Below, piece by piece: positions 29,698 through 39,032 of a stretch of 64,000 bases of DNA (position 1 is the first letter of the stretch; each line of letters begins with the position of its first letter). The DNA lies in the NCBI GenBank assembly GCA_965249275.1, contig CBDFLQ010000007.1:864001-928000 (forward strand), given 5' to 3'. Below the pieces are notes generated by a model. That model was not told the origin of the DNA and made no database searches. It saw only the letters and a program-made list of their open reading frames with translations. Source of the DNA: Dehalococcoidia bacterium (GTDB lineage: Bacteria; Chloroflexota; Dehalococcoidia; Plut-88900). Made by a program: the position numbers and the translations under genes.

Positions 29698-31761
29698 CTA
29701 TTCTTCAATCTCGACCAGGATGTTGCCGAAACGATCAAGGGTGGCTTTGTCTCCCGGCAGGAGCACGACTGTCGATTCCTCTTCTTCAACAATGGCAGGC
29801 CCGGTGATCACGGCGTCTCTCCCCAACCCCGTTCTCGCGTACACGGGGGTATCCACGAAGCCCCCCACTTCAGGGAAGTAGGCCGGTCTACGGGAAACGG
29901 GCACTGGGTCAGACCCACTTGGTAGTAACTCGGGCCACCGGAACTCACCCCTGGAATGAATAGCCCTTAGCTTCCAGCCCGTGGCCCGTACTGGCTGGTC
30001 GGGCTGCGCGTACCCGAAGGTCTCCGCATATTTTTCGTGAAAAGCAGACCTGAGATCATCTACGCCTTCGGCGTCGAGGGGGACTGGGGGCAGGGGTACG
30101 TCAATGTCGAATCCCTGTCCCTCGTAGTGCATATCCGCAGACGCTGCGAACTCTACGCCATCCGTCACACCATTCTCCCGCATAATGGCTCGGCCTCCGG
30201 CCAACATCTCCTCATAGACCACGTTCACAGGGCCCAGCATGGACTCGTCGAGAGCAGTATCAAAGGTACGAGCGAGGTCGAAGACCGTATCTGCAGCCAA
30301 CAGTCCCGCCGCGGACCCGACTCCCGCCCCCGATGGCAACAGAACTCGAGAAATACCCATCTCTCGGGCCAGCCGGGAGGCATGAACAGGGCCCGCTCCA
30401 CCAAACCCGACAAGAGTGTAGCGACGGGGGTCCTTTCCCCTCTCGACCGTCGCCAGTCTGATGGCTCTCCTCATGTTGGAATTCACCACCGTATGCACGC
30501 CCCACGCCGCCTCTTCCATCGACAGGCCCAGCGGCTTCGCCAACCGTTCCTCGATACCGTTCTCCGCCGCCGCCTTGTCCAGCTTCATGCGTCCGCCCAG
30601 GAAATAGCCAGGATTTAAGTAACCCAATACCAGGTCTGCATCGGTGACCGTAGGTTCCACTCCTCCGGCGCCGTAGCAGATAGGGCCGGGACTCGCGCCT
30701 GCGCTATCCGGGCCAACGGCGATGGTTCCCATCTCTACCCTCGCTATACTGCCCCCACCCGCTCCGATCTCCACAAGGTCGATACCCGGTACACTGATAG
30801 GCAACCCACTGCCCGACTGCATCTTCATACGGCCGATCTCGATTTGGGAGGAAGTAGAGGGTGAACCGTTCTCAATGAGGCACACCTTGGCCGTCGTGCC
30901 TCCCATATCGAATGAGATCATGCGCTCAAGGCCCAAGGCCCCGCCTATGCTCGCGGCCATCAGCGCCCCTGCCGCCGGCCCCGACTCTATGACTCGCACC
31001 GGAGCATGGTTGATGATTTCAACCGTTGCGGTCCCGCCGTTGGCTTGCATCACCTGCAGGGGTCTGCTGTAACCCTGATTGCTCAAGGTGTCCTGAAATC
31101 CCCTCAAATATCCGCGAACCGCAGGCATCACGTAGGCGTTGGCGACCGCCGTGCTGGTGCGTTCATATTCCCGCCACTGGGGTGATATGTCACTGGACAG
31201 AGTAACCAGCGCCGAAGGGATTGTATCGAGGATGATCTCCCGCACCCGGCGCTCGTGGGCCGGGTTGGCGTAGGAGTGGAGAAGGGCCACTGCGAAGGAC
31301 TCGACTCCCAAGGCACCGAGCCTCTCAACTGCCTCGATGACACTATCCTCATCGAGAGGTTTCCAGACCTCGCCGGAGTGGGTCATCCGTTCATCCACCT
31401 CCCGGATGAAACGCCGAAACAGTAAAGGCTGCACCTTATCGAGGAACAAGTCGTAGATGTTAACCCGCAGCTGGCGCTGTATAAGAAGCACGTCTCGAAA
31501 CCCCTGAGTCGTGAGGAGACCCGTGACGGCGCCCTTGCGCTCGACCATCAGGTTGGATGCGACTGTAGTGGCATGGACCACCTGTTCCATCTCAGAGATC
31601 CCGCGCCCTTGCAGCACTCCTTCCAGCCCCTCGATAATTCCGGCGGTCAGGTCGGAGGGCCGGGTCGGGTGCTTGCCGACAGTAAGCCTGCCGGTCTCCC
31701 GGTCCTGGAGGACATAGTCGGTGAAGGTTCCGCCGACATCTATTCCGAGTCGATATCGCAA
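29698..31761 (-). CDS. hydantoinase A/oxoprolinase subunit
   Basis: DVGGTFTD, ESGPAAG, DMGGTT, GAGGGS, PTVTDA. Confidence 0.94.
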   Translation of the reverse strand: MRYRLGIDVGGTFTDYVLQDRETGRLTVGKHPTRPSDLTAGIIEGLEGVLQGRGISEMEQVVHATTVASNLMVERKGAVTGLLTTQGFRDVLLIQRQLRVNIYDLFLDKVQPLLFRRFIREVDERMTHSGEVWKPLDEDSVIEAVERLGALGVESFAVALLHSYANPAHERRVREIILDTIPSALVTLSSDISPQWREYERTSTAVANAYVMPAVRGYLRGFQDTLSNQGYSRPLQVMQANGGTATVEIINHAPVRVIESGPAAGALMAASIGGALGLERMISFDMGGTTAKVCLIENGSPSTSSQIEIGRMKMQSGSGLPISVPGIDLVEIGAGGGSIARVEMGTIAVGPDSAGASPGPICYGAGGVEPTVTDADLVLGYLNPGYFLGGRMKLDKAAAENGIEERLAKPLGLSMEEAAWGVHTVVNSNMRRAIRLATVERGKDPRRYTLVGFGGAGPVHASRLAREMGISRVLLPSGAGVGSAAGLLAADTVFDLARTFDTALDESMLGPVNVVYEEMLAGGRAIMRENGVTDGVEFAASADMHYEGQGFDIDVPLPPVPLDAEGVDDLRSAFHEKYAETFGYAQPDQPVRATGWKLRAIHSRGEFRWPELLPSGSDPVPVSRRPAYFPEVGGFVDTPVYARTGLGRDAVITGPAIVEEEESTVVLLPGDKATLDRFGNILVEIEE

Positions 31762-31867
31762 CTAAAGCTCCATTGGAAAGCCGCCAAGTGTTTCGACGCC
31801 CATTATACCCACCCGGCCTCCAACCAAAGTGGTATCATCAACTCACACTTCCCCCAGGAGGATCCCG

Positions 31868-32677
31868 ATGCCAGACTACAAAATCACCGTAGGAAACGCA
31901 GAAGTCCTCTCCCTCACCGACGGCGCAGACCGAGCCCCTGCCACCACCCTTTTCCCAAAAGTAGCTCTCTCAGAGTGGGACGCTTACCCCGGCCTGGTCG
32001 GGGACGACGGTAAGGTAGACGTTAACTTCGGCAGCTTCGTCATCCGTTCCCAGGGCAAGACCATTCTGGTCGACACCGGATGGGGCAAAGACTACCCCGG
32101 CCGACTCATGGATGATTTAACCGAAAAGGGCGTCTCAATCGACGAGATCGAAATAGTCGCCATAACCCACCTTCACGTCGACCACGTCGGTTGGAACATA
32201 ACCGAGGAGAACGGTGCCTCTCGACTCACCTTCCCCAACGCCACGTACTATATTCCCAAAGTCGACTACGACTTCTACAACCAGGACCTGGAAAACAACG
32301 CCCACATGGTCACCCAGGTCAACCCTCTCGAATCCCTCGGCGCTATGGTCTTGGCCGACAAAGAGGTCTCTCTCACCAGCGAAGTAACCATGGTCCCGAC
32401 TCCCGGCCACACTCCCGGCCACATGAGCCTCGGCATCCTGTCCGACGGAGTGCGCGGTTACATCCTCGGTGACGTCATCAACTTCGCTCCCCAGTCCAAC
32501 GAGACCCACTGGGAAATCATCTTCGACACCGACCATGCCCTCGCTCGCCAGACAAGGGAAGTAGTGCTGGAACGCCTCCTGCAGGACGGTTCAGTGATCG
32601 GAATGGGGCACTACATGCCACCCAGCTTCGGCAGAATCATAAGAAGTGAAGGCCGTCGGCTCTGGCAGGTCATATAA
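31868..32677 (+). CDS. MBL-fold metallo-hydrolase
   Basis: THLHVDHVG, PGHTPGH; AGGAGG RBS. Confidence 0.9.
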   Translation: MPDYKITVGNAEVLSLTDGADRAPATTLFPKVALSEWDAYPGLVGDDGKVDVNFGSFVIRSQGKTILVDTGWGKDYPGRLMDDLTEKGVSIDEIEIVAITHLHVDHVGWNITEENGASRLTFPNATYYIPKVDYDFYNQDLENNAHMVTQVNPLESLGAMVLADKEVSLTSEVTMVPTPGHTPGHMSLGILSDGVRGYILGDVINFAPQSNETHWEIIFDTDHALARQTREVVLERLLQDGSVIGMGHYMPPSFGRIIRSEGRRLWQVI

Positions 32678-32733
32678 CTCCCCACGTCCCAACTCTAATA
32701 AGGGCTTGAGGGCAAGAGCTTCAGCTACCCCTG

Positions 32734-33219
32734 TTACACTGGGAACTGGCGTATCCGAGGCCTAGGCTCTGAATCCAGGGCCATCCAATCCAAACGCGGG
32801 CCTCGACTCACCATCTGCAACCATCGATCCGCTTCGACAGCAAGGGCCCCGGTGTCCAGACCAAGAAACGACGGTGTGAATACCTTCAACAGCCGCAATC
32901 CCTCGCCCAGCTTGTTCCTGCATCCTCTTACATTATGTCTATTCGAGTGGTGGAACCCAACCGCTATCTTCAAAACGCCCTGGTAGAAGTGCCGCAACGG
33001 ATAAGGCGTGACCAGCCAGAGGTCTTCCAGAGTCTCGTGGCATTCCCAGAACAGGCCGGCGTTGAACTGATCAACGGCCTTGTTGACCTGGGTGGAGGGT
33101 GAGTCGGGAAAGGCGTCCTGAAAGGGTGAAAGCCCACCTTCTTCCAGCCTCTCCAGCCAGAGCATATCCGTTTGACGCCTTCGCCGCCTCAGCGGCCACA
33201 ACGGAAGTTCCGCATGCAT
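32734..33219 (-). CDS. DUF309 domain protein
   Basis: FNAG.FWECHETLEDLW...QG.L..AVG.HH; start uncertain. Confidence 0.8.
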   Translation of the reverse strand: MHAELPLWPLRRRRRQTDMLWLERLEEGGLSPFQDAFPDSPSTQVNKAVDQFNAGLFWECHETLEDLWLVTPYPLRHFYQGVLKIAVGFHHSNRHNVRGCRNKLGEGLRLLKVFTPSFLGLDTGALAVEADRWLQMVSRGPRLDWMALDSEPRPRIRQFPV

Positions 33220-33343
33220 GATCAGAAATCGCCTCTATCCATTTGGTACAATCATAACCATTTCCAATTGACGCTAACACGCGCAACCTCATAACATACC
33301 GCGCAAGGCGGCTGAAGACCCGAAACGAATATGGAGGCAAGTA

Positions 33344-34546
33344 ATGGACCAGGCACTCAAGGGCGTTCGAATCTTGGATCTCACCCAGTACGAGGCCGGC
33401 ACCACTTGCACTCAGGCCCTGGCCTGGCTCGGGGCGGACGTCATAAAGGTCGAGTCCCCGGGCCGCGGCGACCCCGGCCGGTTCAGCACCCCCAGAAACA
33501 GCGATAAGGACAGCTATTACTTCATCATCCTCAACTGCAACAAGCGCAGCATCACGCTCAACCTGAAAACTGAAAAAGGCAAGGCCATCTTCTTCGACCT
33601 TCTGAAGCGCTCCGACGTAGTTGCCGAGAACCTGGGCCCCGGCACACTCGAACGTCTGGGCCTCTCTTACGACGTACTCTCAAAGATTAACCCACGCGTT
33701 ATCCTTACGAGGGTTAAGGGTTTCGGGACTTACGGACCCTACAGTCACCTGAAGGCCTTTGACATGGTAGCCCAGGCCACGGGCGGTTGCTATACAACCA
33801 ATGGCTACCCGGATGGGCCACCCCTTCCCACCGGTGTGTCCTTCGGTGACATTGGGACCGGATATCACGCGGCGCTAGGGATTACAGCCGCACTCTACCA
33901 GCGGGAGCGGACGGGTCGGGGGCAGACGATCGAAGTAGCCATGCAGGATGCAATGGTGAACTTCGCCAGGGTGGGGATGATGCGCTACTACGAAGACCCC
34001 GACATCCATATCCGGGGTGCATATCACAGCGGCAAGGCCCCGTCCTGGGTCTACAAGTGCGCCCCAGGCGGCCCCGACGACTACGCCTATATCTACGCCG
34101 ACGAAGGACCAGCCGGGGCCTGGGAGGCGATCCTAAAGACAATCGGCAGGGAAGACCTCATCGGCGACGAACGATACTCGGACTCCAGAAAGCGCTGGGA
34201 ACACAACGACGCAATTACAGCGATGATCGAAGAGTGGACGACCAAGCACACCAAGCATGAAGTGATGAGAATCCTGGGTGGTGCGGGGGCAATAGTCGGG
34301 GCCTGCCTCAACCCCAAGGACATCCACACCGACCCCCACCTGATGGAGCGGGGCATGATCGTGGATATAGACCACCCTCAGATTGGCAAATTCAGGACGC
34401 TCGGGTCTCCCATCCAGATGTCGGACTCTCCGAACACGGTCACTACTGCGCCCCTCCTGGGCCAGCACACCTCCGAGGTGCTAAACGAAATCCTGGACTA
34501 CGGGCCGCAAGAGATAAATGAGCTGGCTGGACAAGGAGTTATCTAG
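33344..34546 (+). CDS. class III CoA-transferase (formyl-CoA transferase/CaiB-like)
   Basis: RILDLTQYEAG, GADVIKVE, NCNKRSITLNLK, PLLGQHT. Confidence 0.92.
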   Translation: MDQALKGVRILDLTQYEAGTTCTQALAWLGADVIKVESPGRGDPGRFSTPRNSDKDSYYFIILNCNKRSITLNLKTEKGKAIFFDLLKRSDVVAENLGPGTLERLGLSYDVLSKINPRVILTRVKGFGTYGPYSHLKAFDMVAQATGGCYTTNGYPDGPPLPTGVSFGDIGTGYHAALGITAALYQRERTGRGQTIEVAMQDAMVNFARVGMMRYYEDPDIHIRGAYHSGKAPSWVYKCAPGGPDDYAYIYADEGPAGAWEAILKTIGREDLIGDERYSDSRKRWEHNDAITAMIEEWTTKHTKHEVMRILGGAGAIVGACLNPKDIHTDPHLMERGMIVDIDHPQIGKFRTLGSPIQMSDSPNTVTTAPLLGQHTSEVLNEILDYGPQEINELAGQGVI

Positions 34547-34570
34547 CCCCTGCTTCCTTACTGAAAGAAT

Positions 34571-34615
34571 AAAAGACAAGGGCGAAAGTGCCTCGCACTT
34601 TCGCCCTTGTCTTTT
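34571..34615. terminator. bidirectional intrinsic terminator
   Basis: Perfect 21-bp stem AAAAGACAAGGGCGAAAGTGC-ctc-GCACTTTCGCCCTTGTCTTTT between convergent genes. Confidence 0.85.
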
Positions 34616-34651
34616 CACCCTCGAAGTAGTGTGAGCGCCCCTCAGTCGGCG

Positions 34652-34993
34652 TTAACGATTCATATCTGATATCTGCTTGTGGATCACCCGGTCGATCTGG
34701 GAGCCGATTTGGTCGCTCATCTTCATCGCCTTCGCCTCATCGGACTCCCCCGTCTCCTTCTCGAACATTCCCTTGAGTTCCTTGCGGCTCTTGAGGAACG
34801 GCATCGACTTCTCCACGAAGTCCTCGCTGTACTTGTGCTTGGCCGGGAACCGGTGATTGCTCAAGGACACAAGCTTCCAGGTATCCCCGCTCCCGCAGTT
34901 ATCGCAAGTCACGCTATCAGGAATCTCGTACTTCCTGGTGAAATGGTTCGTTAAACCGGCGCACTGTCGGCACCCAAATTCATATATCGGCAT
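34652..34993 (-). CDS. FmdB-family zinc-ribbon protein
   Basis: MPIYEFGCRQC...C..CGS. Confidence 0.8.
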   Translation of the reverse strand: MPIYEFGCRQCAGLTNHFTRKYEIPDSVTCDNCGSGDTWKLVSLSNHRFPAKHKYSEDFVEKSMPFLKSRKELKGMFEKETGESDEAKAMKMSDQIGSQIDRVIHKQISDMNR

Positions 34994-35079
34994 GGCAATG
35001 TTCCCGTTGATGTGACCGCTGTTGGTGGAGCTTGCGCGTATTGCGTAATATCACTCAAAAACGTGTGTGTTGGTTTGCG

Positions 35080-35337
35080 CTAGCGCCTTCCGCGATACCT
35101 TTCGATTATTTTGCCCAGTCCCTTTCGACCTATCCCTGATTGCTTATGGCTAAGGATCCCGTGCAACGTCCCCTTGGGGATAGAACCCGGTTTGTCTGGG
35201 ATAAGTGCAAATCTAACTTTCCCATCAACCAATTTCCTGAAAGCAACGCCGTGATTCGTCCTTCCATCCTCTAGCCAACCATCAAATAGCAGGAGAGCCA
35301 TCAAATCCTTGGCAGAAAGGGCGGGAAGATTTTCCAC
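35080..35337 (-). CDS. hicA: HicA-family toxin
   Basis: LPALS.KDL..LL..DGW...HG; IPKGTL..IL; basic 85 aa. Confidence 0.7.
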   Translation of the reverse strand: MENLPALSAKDLMALLLFDGWLEDGRTNHGVAFRKLVDGKVRFALIPDKPGSIPKGTLHGILSHKQSGIGRKGLGKIIERYRGRR

Positions 35338-35340
35338 AGT

Positions 35341-35685
35341 TCACACTGTGGCCGAGACAGTACCGGGAGGGCTGGGGAACGGGAAGGCGTTCGGCTGATA
35401 TAGCGGGCCGCTAGTTGTGCCGGAATCTGCATACACCGGGGAACTCCAACTCCAGGAATTTCCTTCTTTGTCTTCCTGATAGAGTTTAATACCCTGCTCC
35501 AGGAAGAACGGCTCCCGCTCACCGGCTTTCTCAAGTACGTTCAGGTGGAGAGTTACTAGGTCCTTCAATTCCACCTGCACCTCTTCCAACGTGGATGCCC
35601 ATGTGCAGGTCCCCAACTCTACGCACTCGCCAAGCCACTCCGATTCTTCTCTCTCGAACCGGAAGGTCAACACAACGAAGCTCAT
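35341..35685 (-). CDS. hicB: HicB-family antitoxin (copy B)
   Basis: MSFVVLTFRFE..WLGECVELGTCTWASTLEE....LKDLV.LHL. Confidence 0.75.
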   Translation of the reverse strand: MSFVVLTFRFEREESEWLGECVELGTCTWASTLEEVQVELKDLVTLHLNVLEKAGEREPFFLEQGIKLYQEDKEGNSWSWSSPVYADSGTTSGPLYQPNAFPFPSPPGTVSATV

Positions 35686-35713
35686 TATCCTCCCCCTGCC
35701 CTTTTGCAGCATT

Positions 35714-35977
35714 CTAGCTGTTCCATGGACTTACCGGCAAACTTGTAGATGTTTCAGTAGGCATGTCCGTGTGCAATTCTATTCCCCACTCATCAAACAC
35801 TTGCCCCAGCCGTCCGGTTTCCTCCAACGTGACCAAATGCAGACCCACCAGGTCCCTCAACTCCTCCTCCAACTGCGCCAGTGATTCAGCCGATGTAGCC
35901 GTACCCAGCTCCACGCACTTCCCAAACCACCCGTCCTCCTCTTGCTCGAAGCGAAATGTCAGCACAACGAAGCTCAT
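35714..35977 (-). CDS. hicB: HicB-family antitoxin (copy A)
   Basis: MSFVVLTFRFE..WFGKCVELGTATSAESL; GGAGGAGG RBS; TATAAT upstream at 36014-36019. Confidence 0.75.
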   Translation of the reverse strand: MSFVVLTFRFEQEEDGWFGKCVELGTATSAESLAQLEEELRDLVGLHLVTLEETGRLGQVFDEWGIELHTDMPTETSTSLPVSPWNS

Positions 35978-36068
35978 CGTCCTCCTCCTGCTCTTTCGCG
36001 GGATTCTACCGATATTATAACCACTGTCAACATCAAACCATGTACTGCGTATCCTTGGCCTATCCTCT

Positions 36069-37166
36069 TCACCCAATCCCGTATATCCGGGCTGCGTTGC
36101 CATAGACAATCTTGCGCTTGGATTCCTCGCTGACGGGCTGGAAGGTCTTTTCGATTACTTCCTGCGAGTGAGGGAAAGTGCCCTCGTCGTGGGGGTAGTC
36201 GCTGCCCCACACCAGGCAGTCGTCTCCGAGCACGGGTATGGTGAGAAGGGCCACCGGGTCGTCTCCGAAGGTGACATGACCCTGGCGCCGGAAATAGTCG
36301 CTTGGCTTCATGTCAAGCTTGGGAGATATCCACATGTGCTTCTTCTCTACCTGCTCGTCGAGGGCGTACAGGAGCCACGCGAGCCACCCCGCTCCACACT
36401 CAATTACTCCCAGGTTGATCCCCGGGTGCCGCTCCAGCATCCCCGAGCTTATCAGCATCGACGCGGGCTCCAGGCCTGCGGCCATGCTCATGACCATGAA
36501 GTTAAGCGCTCCGCCAAAGCCATTCTCCTCACCCCAGTCCTCAGGGTAGGTGTCCTCGGCGTCGGTGAAGGCGTGGAGATTGAGAACCAGGCCAGCGTCC
36601 TCGACGGCCTGCCAAAGCGGCTCGTAGTCCGGCTGGTTGTAGGGTCGGCCCCTGACAGAAATGGGAATCTTTACGGCTCTATATCCCAGCTTGCTGACCC
36701 TCTTCACTTCTTCGACCGCGGTCGGGATGTCCGTTACAGGAATCACCCCCACCGGTACGAAGCGGTGCAGGTGGTCACGAAAGACCTCTATGGCCCAGTC
36801 GTTGTAGGCCTGGGCGACGGCGAACTGATAGCCGGCGTCGAAAGACTTGTGAAGCCCGAGAGTCTCGTTTGGGTAGATAATCTCGCCGTAGATGCCGTCC
36901 TTGGCGATGTCCGTAAGCCGCCGCTCGATGTCCCGACCGCCGGAGTCGTCATCTCGGAACTCACGCACTTGGTCTTCTTCGGTCTCCCGGGCCTCGGCTA
37001 TGTCCAGCCTTCTCGGCTTCCGGCCTTCCACCATGCGGTATCGAACACCGTCGATTACTTCGACGTGTGGGAGTCGGGCCATGTACTCCTCCGGCAATCG
37101 GGCCGTGTACATCTCCTTCGGCTCCTGGACGTGAGAATCTCCGGAAATCACCCTTGTCTCTATCAT
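36069..37166 (-). CDS. amidohydrolase_2 family protein
   Basis: ISGDSHVQEP, YNDW, WGSDYPHDEGTFP. Confidence 0.9.
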   Translation of the reverse strand: MIETRVISGDSHVQEPKEMYTARLPEEYMARLPHVEVIDGVRYRMVEGRKPRRLDIAEARETEEDQVREFRDDDSGGRDIERRLTDIAKDGIYGEIIYPNETLGLHKSFDAGYQFAVAQAYNDWAIEVFRDHLHRFVPVGVIPVTDIPTAVEEVKRVSKLGYRAVKIPISVRGRPYNQPDYEPLWQAVEDAGLVLNLHAFTDAEDTYPEDWGEENGFGGALNFMVMSMAAGLEPASMLISSGMLERHPGINLGVIECGAGWLAWLLYALDEQVEKKHMWISPKLDMKPSDYFRRQGHVTFGDDPVALLTIPVLGDDCLVWGSDYPHDEGTFPHSQEVIEKTFQPVSEESKRKIVYGNAARIYGIG

Positions 37167-37309
37167 CTGCTCACCCTTCTAATCTACGCTTTGAAGTCGC
37201 CTCGGCTCCTTTTGCCTCATTATATTACGATGAGTTCTTTCACAGTAATCTGTCGCGCCACAGAATCCACCCCCCCACCTCCATCCCCCATTCCCGGGAA
37301 CCGAGGGGC

Positions 37310-37432
37310 CGCTCACCCTGAGCCCCATCGAAGGGTCGAGCAGGGGGGTGGTCCCGCACTGCCAATCCGTCGCGCCCGCCTCCACCCCAACCCCCTTAAC
37401 CCTGTCATTCCGAGGCTCCGCGAGGAATCTAG
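37310..37432. repeat. REP-like palindromic units
   Basis: GCTCACCCTGAGCCCCATCGAAGGG and TGTCATTCCGAGGCTCCGCGAGGAATCT resemble common bacterial REP-type repeats. Confidence 0.45.
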
Positions 37433-38628
37433 GAAACCTCTGAACAAGTCTAAGGGCATAGGTAATAGGTAAGATAGGGAGAGTAAGGCCAAAGCTGAGG
37501 TGAGATTTGATGGAGCAGCCGACATTTGCAGACTTGGAATACGAGGGCAAGAAGCGAAAGACCCGCCGGGAGATATTTCTGGAGCGGATGGAGGACCTGG
37601 TTCCATGGGGAAAGTTAGAGGAGCGAATCCGGCCCTACTATTCCAGGGCGGGCCGTGGACGGAGGCCCTACGAGTTGTCGGTGATGCTGCGGATACACTG
37701 CGTGCAGCTGTTCTACAACCTGAGCGATCCGGGCATGGAGGACATGCTCTACGAGGTGGAGTCGGTGAGGCGGTTCGCAGGTCTGAGGCTGTCCGGCCCC
37801 TTGCCTGACGAGACTACGATACTGAACTTCCGCCATCTGCTGGAAGAGCAGGAGTTGGGTCGGGGGCTGTTCGAGGAGATCAACCGTCATCTGGAGTCTC
37901 GGGGACTGAGGCTCAGGGAGGGTACGATTGTGGATGCGAGCATCATCGAGGCGCCGGCGTCTACGAAGAACCGTGCTGGAGAGCGAGACCCCGATATGCA
38001 CCAAGTGAAGAAGGGGAAGGAGTGGCACTTCGGTATGAAAGTGCACATTGGTGCAGACGCTGACACGGGGGTGGTGCACAGTATGAGTACGACAGCTGCG
38101 AACGTGCATGACGTGACGGAGGCGCACCGGCTGCTGCATGGAGGGGAGAGGCGAGTGTGGGGAGATGCGGGATATCAGGGAGTGGAGAAGCGGGCGGAGA
38201 ATCGGGATATGGATGTGGAGTGGCGGGTGGCGATGAGACCTGGACGGCGTCGGAAACTGAGGGCGGGGAGCTGCGAGGCCTTAGCGGAGAAGAGCAAATC
38301 ATCCATCAGGGCTAAGGTGGAGCATCCGTTCCTGTACGTGAAACGGCACTTCGGCTACGCCAAGGTCCGCTACAGGGGCTTGTACAAGAACACGCAACGG
38401 GTGGCGATGCTGCTGGGGCTGGCCAACTTGGTAAGGGCCGAGCGCCACTTAGCGGTGTGACGGAGGAGCAGTGTGGTCAAATCCGGGTCGATGGTGACTG
38501 GATGCCCTGACAGGCCAGAACATAGGATGCAAATAAGCCACCGAGACGCAACATTACGACCCAACCTCTCCCCAAAACTCCATGCAAGACAACCTAAGCT
38601 GGTTTACAGTGAGTTGTTCAGAGCTTCC
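37433..38628 (+). mobile_element. IS5-family insertion sequence, 1196 bp
   Basis: Terminal IRs GAAACCTCTGAACAAGTC / (rc) GGAAGCTCTGAACAACTC; CTAG duplicated at 37429-37432 and 38629-38632. Confidence 0.92.
37507..38460 (+). CDS. IS5-family DDE transposase
   Basis: PDETTILNFRHLLE, IVDASII, FGMKVHIG, GDAGYQG, RAKVEHPF. Confidence 0.95.
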   Translation: MMEQPTFADLEYEGKKRKTRREIFLERMEDLVPWGKLEERIRPYYSRAGRGRRPYELSVMLRIHCVQLFYNLSDPGMEDMLYEVESVRRFAGLRLSGPLPDETTILNFRHLLEEQELGRGLFEEINRHLESRGLRLREGTIVDASIIEAPASTKNRAGERDPDMHQVKKGKEWHFGMKVHIGADADTGVVHSMSTTAANVHDVTEAHRLLHGGERRVWGDAGYQGVEKRAENRDMDVEWRVAMRPGRRRKLRAGSCEALAEKSKSSIRAKVEHPFLYVKRHFGYAKVRYRGLYKNTQRVAMLLGLANLVRAERHLAV

Positions 38629-38685
38629 CTAGGACTTGCCCTTTCACACCATTCCTCGCCTTCCTTTCCCTCCCCCATTGGTAAC

Positions 38686-38726
38686 GATATATGAGCCATG
38701 TTGCAGAGCAACATGGCTCATATATC
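38686..38726. repeat. perfect 19-bp inverted repeat
   Basis: GATATATGAGCCATGTTGC-aga-GCAACATGGCTCATATATC. Confidence 0.85.
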
Positions 38727-39032
38727 AATAAAACAGGGCGGGTGGGCGGGACTCAATATATCCCTGAGGGTGGTGAGGGGTGTCCCCCCAAATGTGACAC
38801 GAACCCCTTGACCAGAGTTGTACACATGTACTATATTCACCCCCGACTAGCTCGTCACTCACCCTAATCCCAAGGAGGAACCACAACCCAGGGGGAACCA
38901 CATCCCCGGCCCACACGAGGACTCAACGTCCAAGCCCATCCCAAAGGGCGGCCCACACGCCGCCCCACGGCTCAAGCAAACGCCGCCATCTCCTCATACC
39001 AAGGGCCCCGGCTCACCCCTCCCCCCACCACC

